Assembly: GCA_034780895.1 (NCBI GenBank)
Contig: JAUZTB010000001.1
Span: 116,885,934 to 116,949,933 of the forward strand
Direction: 5' to 3'
DNA from: Rhynchobatus australiae
Lineage: Eukaryota
DNA length: 64,000 nt
The notes beneath the pieces were generated by a model. The model was not told the origin of the DNA and did not search any database. It was given only the letters and a program-made list of their open reading frames with translations. The position numbers and the translations under genes are program-made. Positions 25,227 to 38,856 of the stretch are shown piece after piece; position 1 is the stretch's first letter, and every line of letters begins with the position of its first letter.

Positions 25227-28200
25227 CCAGGGCTCCGGGGACACCAGTGAGTTGTGCTAGTAAGTCCCAGCTCCCACTGCTTCTCCAACACAACAGCGTT
25301 ACCAGGTGTAACAACACAAAACAAAGCTGTGCTAGCTAACGCCAGCCGTCACAACACCTTACCCTGCACTCATCAATCAGCGTCCAACTTCACTCTAACC
25401 CTCTGCCATGCCTCTCTCCCATTTCACCTCAAACAATTGTCTAAGCCTCCTTCCACTGGAAGAACCAAGCGTGTCTCCACTACACAACAGCACAGAAAGC
25501 ACAACAAACCACAAGGCTGTCCATTCCACACCGACAGGCTAAAGTTTGTACACGCTGCAGGATGCAATAAATCAAAAACAAACCAGGAACCAGAAGGAAC
25601 CCTCCTGCTTTCAGGTTGCCATGTTACCTTATGACACAATAGGAGGCCATTTGGTCTACTAAGTCCAGGCTGGCTCATAGAATGTCCCTGTCAGTCCATT
25701 TCCCCACATTTCACTGTGACATGGCAAGAAACTCCCCCTGACCTTCCCACCTGCACCAGGGGAAGCTTACAGCAGCCAATTAACCTGCAACTAAAGCTAG
25801 GATTCACCCTTAAGGAATACTTTCCACAACACTGCATGAATGATAGAAAAATAGGGGGCTATGTGGGAGGGAAGGGTTAGATAGATCTGAGAGCAGGATA
25901 AAATGTCAGCACAACATTGTGGGCCGAAGGGCCTGTACTGTAATGTTCTACATTTTATACAACCTGCAAAACTGTTGGAGAACGAAGGATTAAAGACCAA
26001 CTTGTACAAAAAAGATCAGGAGGAGCAGTTGATTTATTGTTAATATTTTACGTTCCCAATTTAAGCGCCCTGTGAAATGGGAAAGCAATTTGATTTCAGC
26101 AGCCAACACAATAGTCAGTGCCGCACTGCTGCAGTAGAGGCAAGTTAACTGCAACAAGGGCACAAGTGCTATGCAAGTTAGCACAGCTGTTCTTTAGAAG
26201 CAAATCCTTGTTTGTTTCTCCTCCCCCACTCGCCTGCACACACCAACCCCACCCCCTGCACTCCGCGTTGTTGAGGAAACGAGGCTGGGAGTTGTGCTGT
26301 CAGGGCACACAGGTGAATCAGGCACCACCAACTGAGCAATGAAGTTCCACTTCCCACAGGCAGCTGTTCAACTGTAAACCCAGGCCCCATTGTTGACCCG
26401 CCTTCCCACCCCGCCTCACGCAAACCCTTCCTTCATTTCACACTTCACGGGTCACCCAAAGGGTTGGACCAAAACAAAACTTAAAGTACCTGTTACTGTG
26501 ACAACATTTATCTGCACCCTGCCACTGATGTTTGTGTTCTCTTTACTCCTCCATTTCAGTAGCTCGTTTTTGAATTTTCCAGTTCTGATCCAAGGTTATT
26601 GACCCAAAGCACCGAGTCTCTCTCACCACAGGCGATACCTGACCTACAGAGTATTTCCAGCATTGTGTCTGTTGTGGGACACAGCACAGGCTGGGAAACT
26701 GTGGAAAGCTGCAGGCACTTGGGGAAAGTGACCCTTTGTCATCACAAACCATTTCCAGCTTTTTATCATCTTAAATTATGACTGCTCGTTTTTTTTTCCT
26801 AGTTAGTTGATTTCCAGTCCTGCATTGGATCCAAAAGCACCAACACCTGAAATATAACATTAAATCCACTTACCTCAACCTGCGATCTCCGTCATCTGGA
26901 GACTAAGGTTTTCGAAGTCAGCAGTAACAGGAAGCGGTGACATTCTGCTGGCAAACTACAGTCACATGCTCAGTAATGGCAGTAATCATCATTCCGAGCT
27001 TTCTAGCCTCTGGTTCATTGCAGGTGGTGGTAGCCGATCTGAGCTGCACAAAGCCTGCATTGGGGAGGTTACTGCTGCTCTCTACACAAAGAAAGAAGAC
27101 TGGGTGGGCATGCAGATTTGCAAGGGTGCAGATGGGATGCAATTCTGACACCTATCAGGCATCTCTCTTTTGCCCGATCATAGGCAACTGCATCTCCAGC
27201 CACCACATTAAAATTCAGCATTACAGAAATAGACTTCAGCCCATCGAGGCCATGCCAACCATCAGCCACCCATTTACACTAACTCTATATTAATTTTCAT
27301 CTCAGACTTTTCCAGCTCCTAGCTTCCTTTTTTCCTCTGCATTTAATACTGTGGAACATTTTTCATCCTTTGTGTTGACCTAATATCTTTTCTACAGTTG
27401 GACATTGCACTGTTATTCAGAGGGGTCAGGATTTCTCCTGATGGCTTGTGCAACATTCGTAGACAACTAAAAATAGCTTAACTAACAGTTATCTCATTGT
27501 TGTCCATTTGTTTGCATCTTGTGAAAGCAACATTTTCCATCATTATAATAGTGGCTGCATTTTAAATTAATTATTTGTGGAAAAAACGGATGCATTTCCA
27601 AGAAACGTAGTAAACCAGCAAAGGGGGAATGTTATTAATTTCTCTGTTGACTTTCCTGCAAAGAACTCCCTTTCTCCGAATAATTACATGAGAGTTTGCA
27701 TCCTTAGATTCCCGACTTTGGATTGATACTAACTGCATTGTACAGAGTTTGTTACCACGCCTTGGGTAATAGCAGCATGGGATAGGCACCGCAATACGAC
27801 GTTCTGGTAAATAGGTCTTCTCTATTTCAAAATGTATTTACAAAAGTAGTGCAGTAGCTCCACCTAGTAACTGTTCTGCGCTGATCCTTGCAATTCACAC
27901 AGAACAAATGACAGACTTACAGCTGATGTACAGACTGACAAAGGTCTACCTGTTCCTGGATCATCCCTTCGAGTGTAGGATCGGGAGTGTTCCACTGAAC
28001 AGAGGCATTCCGCAAAGCAGTGCACTAGATTTTATCAAAGGTTGTCTTACCCTAAGAAGTTCACTTCCCGTTCTAGATATTTTGCTTCCTAAGCTATATA
28101 GCCGAAGAAAAGGGTTTGACAGAAATAAAATATCTTAAAATTTTCTACAAGAATTACGCAGCATTAGTTAATCAGTCGCATCAACCTTACCGTGCAATTC

Positions 28201-29622
28201 ATCTTTCTATAATTCATCGATTGAACAAGGCTGCTCTGCTCCGCTTCTCCCTCTGCTGGTGAAACTAAGATTAACCTTTTCAACCAAAAACTGCAAAATA
28301 TTTGCTTAAAAGTAAATAGTTGGCATTTACCGAAAGGCTTGGGTTGTTATTTTAAGGAATCACTTAAATAAAAGGAACGCGTTTATTTCTGTGGCTACTA
28401 GCTCATGATCTTTATGGCTTATTTAAATCCCTTTATCACTGTCTGAAAGGATAAGATGGGGAGGATTTTGTTGACAACAATTAAACTTCCCAAATGCACA
28501 GAAATGCAATCTGTGTTACATTTTTCTATTTCAATCTTTTTTTCTATCAACAATGTTTGAAAACTGAATAAAAACTTTTCAGAAATTGCTAAGAAATAAT
28601 TTTATTTTACCAAATGCCTAAAAATATTAGTTTGACATAATGTTTGCCATACAGAGGGACAGAATAAACAAAGACAAGCATTACAAAGATTGGTTTGATT
28701 ACCTACGAATATCTCTGTATTTTGATTATTGCCTGAATATTGTTTAATTATGATTGATCCACTTACCCGTCTTGATGAAGCTGCCTTCATTTGATAAAAG
28801 TTTATGCAAATTAATCACATATACCTAAGGCAATGATAATTTACCTGTTCACAGTTCAACATAAAACTTGTCAGCCTGCATCAGAACCTGACAATTCTGC
28901 TATGATTAAAATTCCTCCTCCTGGCCTTCTACATGGAAAGGAGCCCTGTGTTAGGCTCACAACTTAATCACATCAGGACTGAATATGTCACAAGGGTGAC
29001 TAGCGCAAGAGTAATAACCTTACAGCTATCTCTCACTACTTATAAGTTAGTTTCAAACTAGGAGGATTCACCATAACAATTCTATGATAGTGAAGAGTAA
29101 CCCTGTTACTTTGGCTCAGTTCTCTCCCAAAGTATTACTGTCATTTTTAAAAAATCTTTTCAATTTTCCATTTCATTGTACCATCATTGTTCCCTTGATT
29201 CACACTAGGATCTTCTTAATCCAAAATTCAAAATTCAATTATATTCATTGATGAGTAAGACTGACATAAAATATTTAGTGTCAGACAAAAAGGAAACAAT
29301 ACATTGTGGATTCAATAGTTTTCTAACAGAAAACTCAGTTCATCTGTTCAGCTGCACCAACATTTACAGATTGAAGGGGAAGAACATATTTTATCATATA
29401 TTAAAACTTCACCAGAGANNNNNNNNNNNNNNCAACAATTTCCAACTGTATTCACTACCAAGTGAGAATAGCTTCAATTGAGACGGGTCTGAAAATGAAG
29501 TTAACAGTGACTGCCATTCTACCACACTTTTGGTTTACATGGATACACTAGTCTGCAAATGACTCCTAGACTGAATCATTTTTTTAGAACATTAAAAATT
29601 ACTGCATGCATGGCACAAAATT

Positions 29623-29739
29623 TTAACACTCTTGCTCTCCAAAATCATGCCCATCAAATGGTGGAGTAATAATCCTTGTCCCTGCTTGACGTGGGATGAT
29701 GTTTATTGCATGTTCTCCAGGGTAATGACTGCATGAATC
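29623..29739 (-). CDS. AMN: Probable amnionless last exon (DSCSHYPGEHAINIIPRQAGTRIITPPFDGHDFGEQEC*)
   Basis: Strong tttttttgtag acceptor; phase 0 frame open to TAA; length similar to the human tail, but sequence similarity is weak. Confidence 0.65.
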   Translation of the reverse strand, partial: DSCSHYPGEHAINIIPRQAGTRIITPPFDGHDFGEQEC

Positions 29740-30319
29740 CTACAAAAAAAAATTATCTGAATCAAAATATATAACAATCTATCAGGAGATCTGATTGAAT
29801 TTGGATGTGTGCCTGAATCACAGTGTTGTAACATGTATATCAGGTGATTAGAGTCGGCACCCCTGATCTAGTTCGCAGTTTCAGTACTGGGTTTACATTC
29901 CACTCACCTCATTTCAGTCAGATCCTCTGATAACGCTCTACGTGCACCATTCAACATTAGCAAGATGAAAAACACAGTGGAATTATCTAATTCTAATGCG
30001 GGTTAATCATACCAGTGGAAATTACACAAACACAAACTGTGCTACTGTCCTAATTTTACACTCGGAAGAGTTCAGCTGCAGCATTCCAGCATTTTGAATT
30101 CACTTCATAACATGGTGATCACAGAAATTGGACACTGGTACAGAAGCCAACCTTACTTTGGGTGCAAAAAAATATTTGCAGTACGAAAAGGCAGCTATAA
30201 TCTCCATATTAAGCATCAAACTGCATACCTTAGAATGGCCCATATTTATCTTTGGGAATAATGTACATCACAACTCCATGCATCCACTAATGAAGGTGGA
30301 GACTTCATACTGAAGCTTT

Positions 30320-31625
30320 GGTCAAGCTCCCTCTTGGTAGGCTAATCCAGAAGATTAAGGATCATGTGATCAAAATTGGTTTGGCCATAGAAGATGGAGA
30401 ATAATGGTGGAGACGTGACTGTGACTGGAGGTCCGTGATCAGTGGCGTTCCATAAGGATAAGTGCTGGGACCTCTTCTTTCTGATATGGTAAGTTTGCAG
30501 ATGACATGGAAATTGTTGATTTTTTTGTGGATAGTGAGGAAGGTTGTCAAAGGATCCAGCAGGAAATACGAGCAGGGAAATGGCAGATGGAATTTAATCC
30601 AGACAAGTGTGAGGTGTTACACTTTGGGAGGTCAAATGCAAGAGCATTAAGAGTATGCAGTAAATGGCAGGACCCATAGGAACACTGATGTACAGAGAGA
30701 TCTTGGGATGCAAGTCCACAGCTCCCTGAAAGTGGCAATGCAAGCAAATAGGATGGTAAAGCAGATGTACGGCATACTTGCCTTCATCAGTCGGGGTGCT
30801 GAGTGCAAAAGCAGGGAAGTCATGTTGCAGCTGTCTAAAACTTTAGATAGGCCACATTTGGAGTATTGTGTGCAGTTCTGGTCACCGCATTAAAGGAAAG
30901 ATGTGCAGGCTTTGGAGAGGGTGCAGAAGAGGTTCACCAGGGTATCGCCTGGAATAGCCATAAAAGGAGAAGTTGGACACACTTGGATTGTTTTCTCCGG
31001 AGCATCAGAGGCTGAGTGGTGACCTGATAGAAGTGTATAAATTATGAGGGGTATAACTAGGGTAGATGGTCAGAGTCTTTATCCCACGGCGGAAATATCT
31101 TTAAGGTGAGAGGGGAAAGCTGAAAGGAGATTTACAAGGCAAGTTCTTCACGGAGAGTGGCTTGCACCTAGAACATGCTGCCAGGGGAAGTGATGGAAGC
31201 AGATACGACAGCAACATTCAAGAGGCATTTAGACAGGCACATTAACAGACAGGGGAATGGAAGAATATAGACCATGNNNNNNNNNNNNNNNNNNNNNNNN
31301 NNNNNNNNNNNNNNNNNNNNNNNNNNNNNNNNNNNNNNNNNNNNNNNNNNNNNNNNNNNNNNNNNNNNNNNNNNNNNNNNNNNNNNNNNNNNNNNNNNNN
31401 NNNNNNNNNNNNNNNNNNNNNNNNNNNNNNNNNNNNNNNNNNNNNNNNNNNNNNNNNNNNNNNNNNNNNNNNNNNNNNNNNNNNNNNNNNNNNNNNNNNN
31501 NNNNNNNNNNNNNNNNNNNNNNNNNNNNNNNNNNNNNNNNCAGGCATATGTGCAGTTTAAATCGGCATTATGGTCAGCATAGACGTTGTGGACCGAAGGG
31601 CCTGTTCCTGTGCTGTACTGTTCTA
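30320..31625 (+). mobile_element. CR1 LINE, 5'-truncated
   Basis: [14 protein letters not shown] (ORF 30708), kfaddm-like RT motif, 3' tail gaagggcctgttcctgtgctgtactgttcta. Confidence 0.93.
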
Positions 31626-32229
31626 GGAGCCCATGAAATATTTCAAGTGCACACTAATGAACTCGGTCCCCAGTGGTGCCCCTTCTTTTAACTCAAGATG
31701 AATTATTGGGGGAGCAGCCGTACCATGCAGTTTTGCTGAGACAAATTCATTCAGGTCTGCAGCAAACATCTACTGGGATGGTGGGGGGAGGGGTGGGGGT
31801 GGATGGGAGGTGGAAAGAAGAACTGGACTGCTCACTGAACTCCGCAAGGAAACCTGGGGCATATCCTACCCCTTCCCCAAACCACATTCCACTTACTGAA
31901 CATCCCACCCTGATCCATTCACCTGTTGGCCAAGGGCATTAGGGCCTCCTGCTTCTGTCTGGTAGGCCACCTTCCCCTGGCATAGGACCCAGGCCTGGCA
32001 ATGTTAAAATGAGGCCTGGGGGAAAATGCCCCAACCATTCACATCAATGAACCTGGAATTTGAAGGACATTAACCATCTTAAAAAGCAGCCTGAAAGAAA
32101 TATATACATAAAGACTGCCTTCATCTAAGCAGACTTAAGAGTTCATCTTTTTAGTGTGTGGAACGTCATACAAAAAACCCTTCATTATTTCCTGATCTGT
32201 AAAGGGAAGGAGCAGGTTTTAATACTTAC

Positions 32230-32359
32230 AGGTGATAGGTTTACTTGTGGATCATACGCTGGATTGCTAAATCCCTTATCAACAGTTTCTGCAATGTCAC
32301 AGTTAAAATAATTCTTGAAATTGATGAGGGGTAATGGAATTTTGACTCTGCAAAACCAT
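32230..32359 (-). CDS. AMN: Amnionless exon 11, cytoplasmic tail (WFCRVKIPLPLINFKNYFNCDIAETVDKGFSNPAYDPQVNLSP)
   Basis: tcacag acceptor, CCT|gtaagt donor, phase 2/0; GFSNPAYD corresponds to human GFRNPVFD. Confidence 0.9.
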
Positions 32360-33589
32360 CTGTGAAAAGAGATTATTAATTATTTTTTAAAGATATTATA
32401 TGCCATAAATCTTTTTTGCTACTAATTCCCAGTCAATGCAATTTACATAATTCCCGACAGCTACCAACAAAATTTGATTTTTAATGAGTTTTCTCCAAAT
32501 ACACCTGACATTCCTGAGGTCAGCAAGTGTCCTCGTCTGGAGGTCATATGCTATCCCTTGACTGGTGAAATGACAGGGACATATAGTTATTACAAGGGTA
32601 CAAGAGCTGCATTGCACTTGGTGCCTGCTCATTACCCAAACATGTTGCAGCCAGAAACCAATACTTGGACCCAATAAGGATGGTCTCCTGAGAAACAACT
32701 ACAATATAGAAGCAACTATCAGTGTCCAAATGGAAAGGACAGTTCTTCAAAGAGACAATTAAGAGCTACAGTCTACCACAACTGAGATAGTAACAGAAGA
32801 ATTTTCCTCGACTTCTCAGCTTTGCAATTTAAGGATTGTGGAGTAGAATTAAACAAATCACTAATAAGGGACATGAAAGACCTTTGTGGCAGAAATGATT
32901 GCATCAGATTGACTGCCACCAGATTGAAATTCTATCAAATAGAGATTTAGTTTCTAAGTATCTATCCTGGACTGATCAGCGAGCTTTTCAAAACATTTTA
33001 ACATAAATCTGGTATTTTTAAATTATTGTTTAAAGAATGTATAAAATGATATTATAAACAGCAAGCAGGATTTACTATATAAACCACAAAACAATTACAT
33101 ATCTAACAACAGGGACAAATTCATTACCTATGAGACCCAAGTGTTTCCAATTCCACCCCCCCCCACCCCCCAATTCATAACACATTAAGTTTTGGTTTGC
33201 ATACAGCTTCTAAATTAAACTGCTTTACAAAGAGACAGAAACACCAAGCAGAATCCTACTTATTCCTGAAACAAATCATTATCAAAACACACAGTCCTAA
33301 AAGGTTGGAATTGTTCTATATTTTACTGTCCTTGGTGTCAAATTTAGTAACATCAATGGTCTGGGCTGAATTGGCTAATCCAGCTCAGAAGATCATGGAA
33401 TCTAATCAGTATTGTCAGGCAAATTGACAGAACAGAATGACAGAACTGAGAAGCCAGAAGGGAACTATCACACAGCTGGGAGCGTTTTGTGAAGAGGGAA
33501 AGAGAGGAGGAAGTCTGCAGGGAAATTACAGAGAGGTGCAACAACTGTAGAACTTCATTCCCTTGGTATTCATTGGAATATAAGTGTCA

Positions 33590-35060
33590 AGGGCAACAAA
33601 CAGGAGAAATTTCTGAAATGTGTTTAAGAGATCTCCCTTGATCAGTATGTTTTCAACCCAACAAAGGAGGTGACATTGTGGGATCTGGTGCTGGGGAATG
33701 AGATGTGCAAACTGGATCCAAGGTCAGTGATAATTACATCATAAGATTTAGATTAGCAATGGAGTAGGGCAAAGAGGAAAGTAAGGTTGACCTTGTTAGT
33801 TGGAGTAGACCTAGCTTCAATGGAATACAGCAAAGTAAAGATGAAACCAAATATGAACAGTAACAGGCAATGGAGATGAGATATTTTGAATAAAGGCTAG
33901 GGACATTTCCACAAGGGCGGAAAGGTTGGTGACTGAAGCCAGAGCTCTCCAAGTCACAAAGGACACGGAGAAGAAAATGGGTGTGCAACAGTCTAGAGGG
34001 GATCTGAAGAGAGAATGACAGTTAAAACAAAAGGGGAGGGCTGTTAATTTTCCCTTGATACTGGGAAGTGCATGAGGACTGGGGAATGGCAAATGTGACG
34101 CAAAAAGGTGTTGAAGGACAGTTTACCATGATTGTCAAGAACCTTCAGCGATAATCGGGGGAAAATTTGGTAAGTGTTAAAAAAGGAAAGCCAGCACAGA
34201 TTTGTGAAAGATAAATTACATTTGGCTAACCTAAATTACTTTTTTCATGAGATAACAGACAAAATTGACAAAGGAAATGCACTGGATGTCACCCACATGG
34301 AACTACAGAGGCCCGTGGAATAAAATAGCAGTGACAGCTTGGGTAAAACATCAGTTCAGTAGAGGGTTGTGGTAAATGGCTGTTGTTCAGATTTCAGGGT
34401 AGATTGCACGATAGACTCAGGGCTCTCCAGGCTAGGACCTTCCCTGGCATTCATTCATGACTTACATATGGATATGCAGAGTAACATTCAAAATTTGCAG
34501 ATGACACCAACATGGCAGCAAGAGGACATGGACAAGCTGGCAGCATGAGCAGACAAGCAGCAAATGGAACTTAATACAGAGAAGTGATATATTTCTAATG
34601 AGGAGAGTTGATACAATCCACAGTTCTAAAGGCAGTACAGTAACCTGGGGACATCTGTGGATAACAGCAGCAAATGTTGACAGAGCAATTCATAAAGCAC
34701 ATGGAATCCTGTTTTTCGTGAGTTTTGAATAAAGGCTAGGGACATTCCACTTTAAAGGAATAGAGTGGGAAAAAAAACAGCTGAATCTTTATAAAATGTA
34801 GGCGTGGCCTCGAGTGGAGCATTGTGTTCTGGTCAGCACACTTTAGGAGAAATGTGAAGGTTCTAGAATGGTTCCAAGGGTAAGGGATTTCAGCTGCGAA
34901 GTTTGACCGGAGAAGGTGGATCATTCTCTTTGGAGCCAGAGGTCAAGAGGAAACATGACTAAAGGTTCTCAAGACCACGGCAGGAAAGATGGGATAGAAA
35001 TAAACTGCTGTCATCAGCAGATGGTTCGAGATCAGGGGACAGAGGTCCAAAACAGGGGAG
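33590..35060 (+). mobile_element. Old degenerate CR1 LINE
   Basis: aaatttgcagatgacaccaa (KFADDTK) at ~34490; gagcattgtgttctggtcagcacactttagg at ~34817. Confidence 0.75.
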
Positions 35061-35382
35061 CANNNNNNNNNNNNNNNNNNNNNNNNNNNNNNNNNNNNNN
35101 NNNNNNNNNNNNNNNNNNNNNNNNNNNNNNNNNNNNNNNNNNNNNNNNNNNNNNNNNNNNNNNNNNNNNNNNNNNNNNNNNNNNNNNNNNNNNNNNNNNN
35201 NNNNNNNNNNNNNNNNNNNNNNNNNNNNNNNNNNNNNNNNNNNNNNNNNNNNNNNNNNNNNNNNNNNNNNNNNNNNNNNNNNNNAAACTCACTGATTGCA
35301 AGGGCAAGACCAGACTATTGCCTTTCTGGTTTCAAGCTGTGTTTCAGAAAAGCGCCTGTATTCCATAAGTATATACATTCAC

Positions 35383-35551
35383 CTGATTCTTCCTGAAATG
35401 AAGAAGAATGTCAGGCTTCCAGTTAACAAGGCAGCAATGAGAACACCAACCACAATCCCCGTGATCTTTCCAGCACTCATGTTTCTTCCCTCCTGTTCTT
35501 CAATGTTGGTGCTTTTTTTCAGTTCAGCACTGACAATGCCAAATGCATCAC
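35383..35551 (-). CDS. AMN: Amnionless exon 10 with the transmembrane helix (GDAFGIVSAELKKS...ITGIVVGVLIAALLTGSLTFFFISGRIR)
   Basis: ctgcag acceptor, AG|gtgaat donor, phase 1/2; ~23-aa hydrophobic stretch. Confidence 0.93.
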
Positions 35552-35749
35552 CTGCAGTAATAAAGAACAGGAATAGGCTGTTAGCAAGTCATTAGTACAG
35601 ACCAACTTTTTATTTAAAAGACTGCATTTGTCCTTTGTTAAATGGTTACTAATTTCACCAAAGTGTTAAACAAATTTTAAATGCAAGTTTACTTAAAGAT
35701 AAAACACTGGGCTGATGCTCGGAAGCTTCAGTTCAGGATTTTATAGTTT

Positions 35750-36325
35750 TTCCACACGTTACAGCTGTATGAGATGTCAGTGAGACTGAACTTGGAGTAT
35801 TGTGTGCCATTCTGGTAGCCATACTAAAGGAAGGATGTCATTAAACTGTAAATTATGCAGAAAAGATTCACAAAGATGTTACAAGGACCAGAGGACTTGA
35901 ATTACAGAGATTAGATAGGCTGGGGCTGTTTTCCTGGAGCAAAGGAGGCTGCGGGGTGACCTTATAGAGGTATATAAAATAATGAAGGGCATAGATAAGG
36001 TCACAGTCTTTTTCCCAGGGTTGGGAAGACTAAAACTAGAGGGCATAGTTTTAAGATGAAAGGGGAAAGATTTAAAGGGATGAGAGGGGCAAGTTTTTCC
36101 AACACAGAGGGTAGTAGGTATATGGAATGAGCTGTCAGAGGAAGTGGTAGAGGCAGTATAATTACGATGTTTAAAAGATATTTAGAAAGTACATGGAAAG
36201 GAAAGATTTGGAGGGATATAGGGCAAATTCAGCCAAATATGACTAGCTCAGGTNNNNNNNNNNNNNNNNNNNNNNNNNNNNNNAGGATGGGCTGAAGGGC
36301 CTGTTTCTGTGCTGTATGATTCACA
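35750..36325 (+). mobile_element. CR1 LINE 3' fragment
   Basis: cttggagtattgtgtgccattctgg and actagagggcatag; 3' tail gaagggcctgtttctgtgctgtatgattc. Confidence 0.9.
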
Positions 36326-37386
36326 AGAAAAATGCAGTGTTGAATACTTAAAGGCATAAGGTATTAATAAGGTGCAATGATGTTACATCTTCATAGATAA
36401 ATAAAAAGCAACTTGTGGGACTGGCTTAGCTCCTGGATCCCTTTCTTGGCTATGAACAGTTGGAAATCTGACATAGGCTGGGTCACAGGCCGGCTGAAAG
36501 ACTTTAGTGAAACCAGGAGACTGTGAAGACAGCCAGGTTTGGTTAAAAGGAGACCATGAGCATTTTTGCTACAAATACAGAAAGATATTTACAAGTCAGG
36601 AGGGAAAGTTTTTATGGCTTCTTACCCAATAGAATAACTGAGGACTGGCAAAACGGGAAACAAGAACCCACAAAGCACAGGGATGGAAACGGACCATTTA
36701 GTCTTTTAACTACATTCCACCATTCGATGAGATGCAGCTGATCTAAACCTTAACTTTATCCCCAGCCTGCAAAAAGTGTGTATGGGAACCTTACTGGTCA
36801 AAATTAGTTAGTAACCCAAAAGCTAAAAAAAACTATGCAATTTTGTGGAGCTAGGATTAGCAGCAGTACTGCTCTGGGCACCACAGAAATAATCCAGATT
36901 ACTTCTGACGATAGACCTCCACCTTTCACTTTCCAGGCCATTGCTACATTGTGGCTGCACTGCCGCAGTGTTTTGGAGGCCACAGAGGAAAGCAGTCATT
37001 TTCCACCTATATTCTGCTGGGCCTAAGTTAACGAGACTCAGCCTTCAAACCAGACTGTTTACCTTCCTTATCTTCTTTAAGTTCAGTGTCATGGTCCATT
37101 AGTGTGTGGTGATGCATTCCAGTTCTTATCGCTGCATATTTTTTTGAGAAGGTAACTGAAGACCACCGTTCTATATCTTATTGTGAAAGATAGCTAAGAT
37201 TTGCATTGAGCCTTTTCTGATAGAACAATTGCACAGTAAAAGAGAGAAAGAAAGAAATTGTACAAACATCCAGTCCACGTCATTAACAGCCAATCATAAC
37301 TTTCATTTCCTTTTCAACGAAACATGCAACACATTGCCCAGACACACAATGTTTCAATCAAATGTATCAAGCTTAACGGTAAGTAC

Positions 37387-37573
37387 CTCGAGAGATGATG
37401 TCTGCCATAATTTCTTCTGCCAGTTGAGCGGCAAATGTTCCTGCTGTTAATTTGGTCGCGTTATCAATTAGCACAATCTGGATATGCGGAACTGCATCAT
37501 TGGGGATAGTTTGCTTGGAAAAATGTTCCTTGTAAATTTTTGTCACAGATATCTGCACACCTTTGTTGTCACC
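37387..37573 (-). CDS. AMN: Amnionless exon 9 (GDNKGVQISVTKIYKEHFSKQTIPNDAVPHIQIVLIDNATKLTAGTFAAQLAEEIMADIISR)
   Basis: gcttag acceptor, G|gtactt donor, phase 0/1; aligns with human GLQVAVSKV...IQVVLVEN...LA..LLADV. Confidence 0.93.
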
Positions 37574-38773
37574 CTAAGCAAATGAAAGGCAACAACTTGT
37601 TTATCTATAATGTCTTCAATGTGTCATAGAGTCTTCCAAGCTGCTTTGCACAAAGGCTATTAAACTAAATAAACATTAAAAGATGAGAGATAATATTTTG
37701 GGAGGACTATTGGGGCTAGGATATACACAATGATTAGCAGGACCCTTGAAAGCACCAAGGAACAGAGGGATATTGATGCACATGCCCAAGAATCACTGAA
37801 GACAATAGAATAGGTAGGGAGGTAAATTGGTTTGTTATTGTCGCATGTACTGAGCTACAGTGAAAAACTGTGTTATGTGTGCCATCCATACAGATCATTT
37901 CATTATATTGAGGCAGTACAAGGGAAAGCAATGACAGAACGCAGAATAAAATGTTACAGATACAGAGAAAGTGCAATCCAGGCAGATAATAAGGTGCAAG
38001 GCCATAACAAGGTAGATTGTGAAGGCAAGAGTCCATCTTATCATACTAAAGCAATTAAGATACTATTAAGATGCCCCAGCCAATGAAGGGACACAGATAG
38101 GGAAGCTTGCAGGAAACATTTCCTCCTTATCACTGGTGACTATAACCAGAGGGAAGGTTTTAAGACAAAGTAAAGGAGATTCAGAGGGCACTTGAGGAAG
38201 AATTTTGAGCAAACATCATAGCTCCTTAGGGGCTAATTCCATTGCCTGGCATGGTATTGACCTACAATGAAAGGAACATCCAGGTTTGATCTCTGGTTTG
38301 TATTGCATTAGAATTGTTTCAGATTAGCTTAGCTAAGAGCATTACTGGCAAAGCTAACAGTAAGCTGAGCACCCTGGTCCATGGAAGGGAAGATCTGTTG
38401 CAATTTCTGTTCCTATTATACCATTCCACATTGAACATCGAGTGACTGTGTAATCACACTTCACTCACATTTCTCCCATGAATGAAACCCAACAACATTC
38501 ACCATTAATGTCCAGGAAATTCTGCCTCAGGAGAGGCAGGGAGAAAGCTACCTGTGTTAGAAAGAGAGTTGGGATTCATTGACTGCTTGCTGGAAATCTG
38601 CAATTTTTGAATATTAAAGCAAACTGAAGACTATGAAACAAAATAACCAATGTGCAAATCACTGCATAAAGTCAAAAACATAGAAGAACAAAAGAAAAGC
38701 AAAACATGGCAAATTATTTGGTTGTTAATACTTTATTCAATATAGGAAACACTGAGTTTTAGAGACAACATAC

Positions 38774-38856
38774 CAAGCCAAAGAACGAATCGATGAGTTG
38801 CTCTTTGTATAATTCCAGATCAAATTGATCATCATATGTTAAATAAATAATGGCAC
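38774..38856 (-). CDS. AMN: Amnionless exon 8 (GAIIYLTYDDQFDLELYKEQLIDSFFGL)
   Basis: atgcag acceptor, TTG|gtatgt donor, 83 nt; FDLE.Y motif. Confidence 0.95.
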
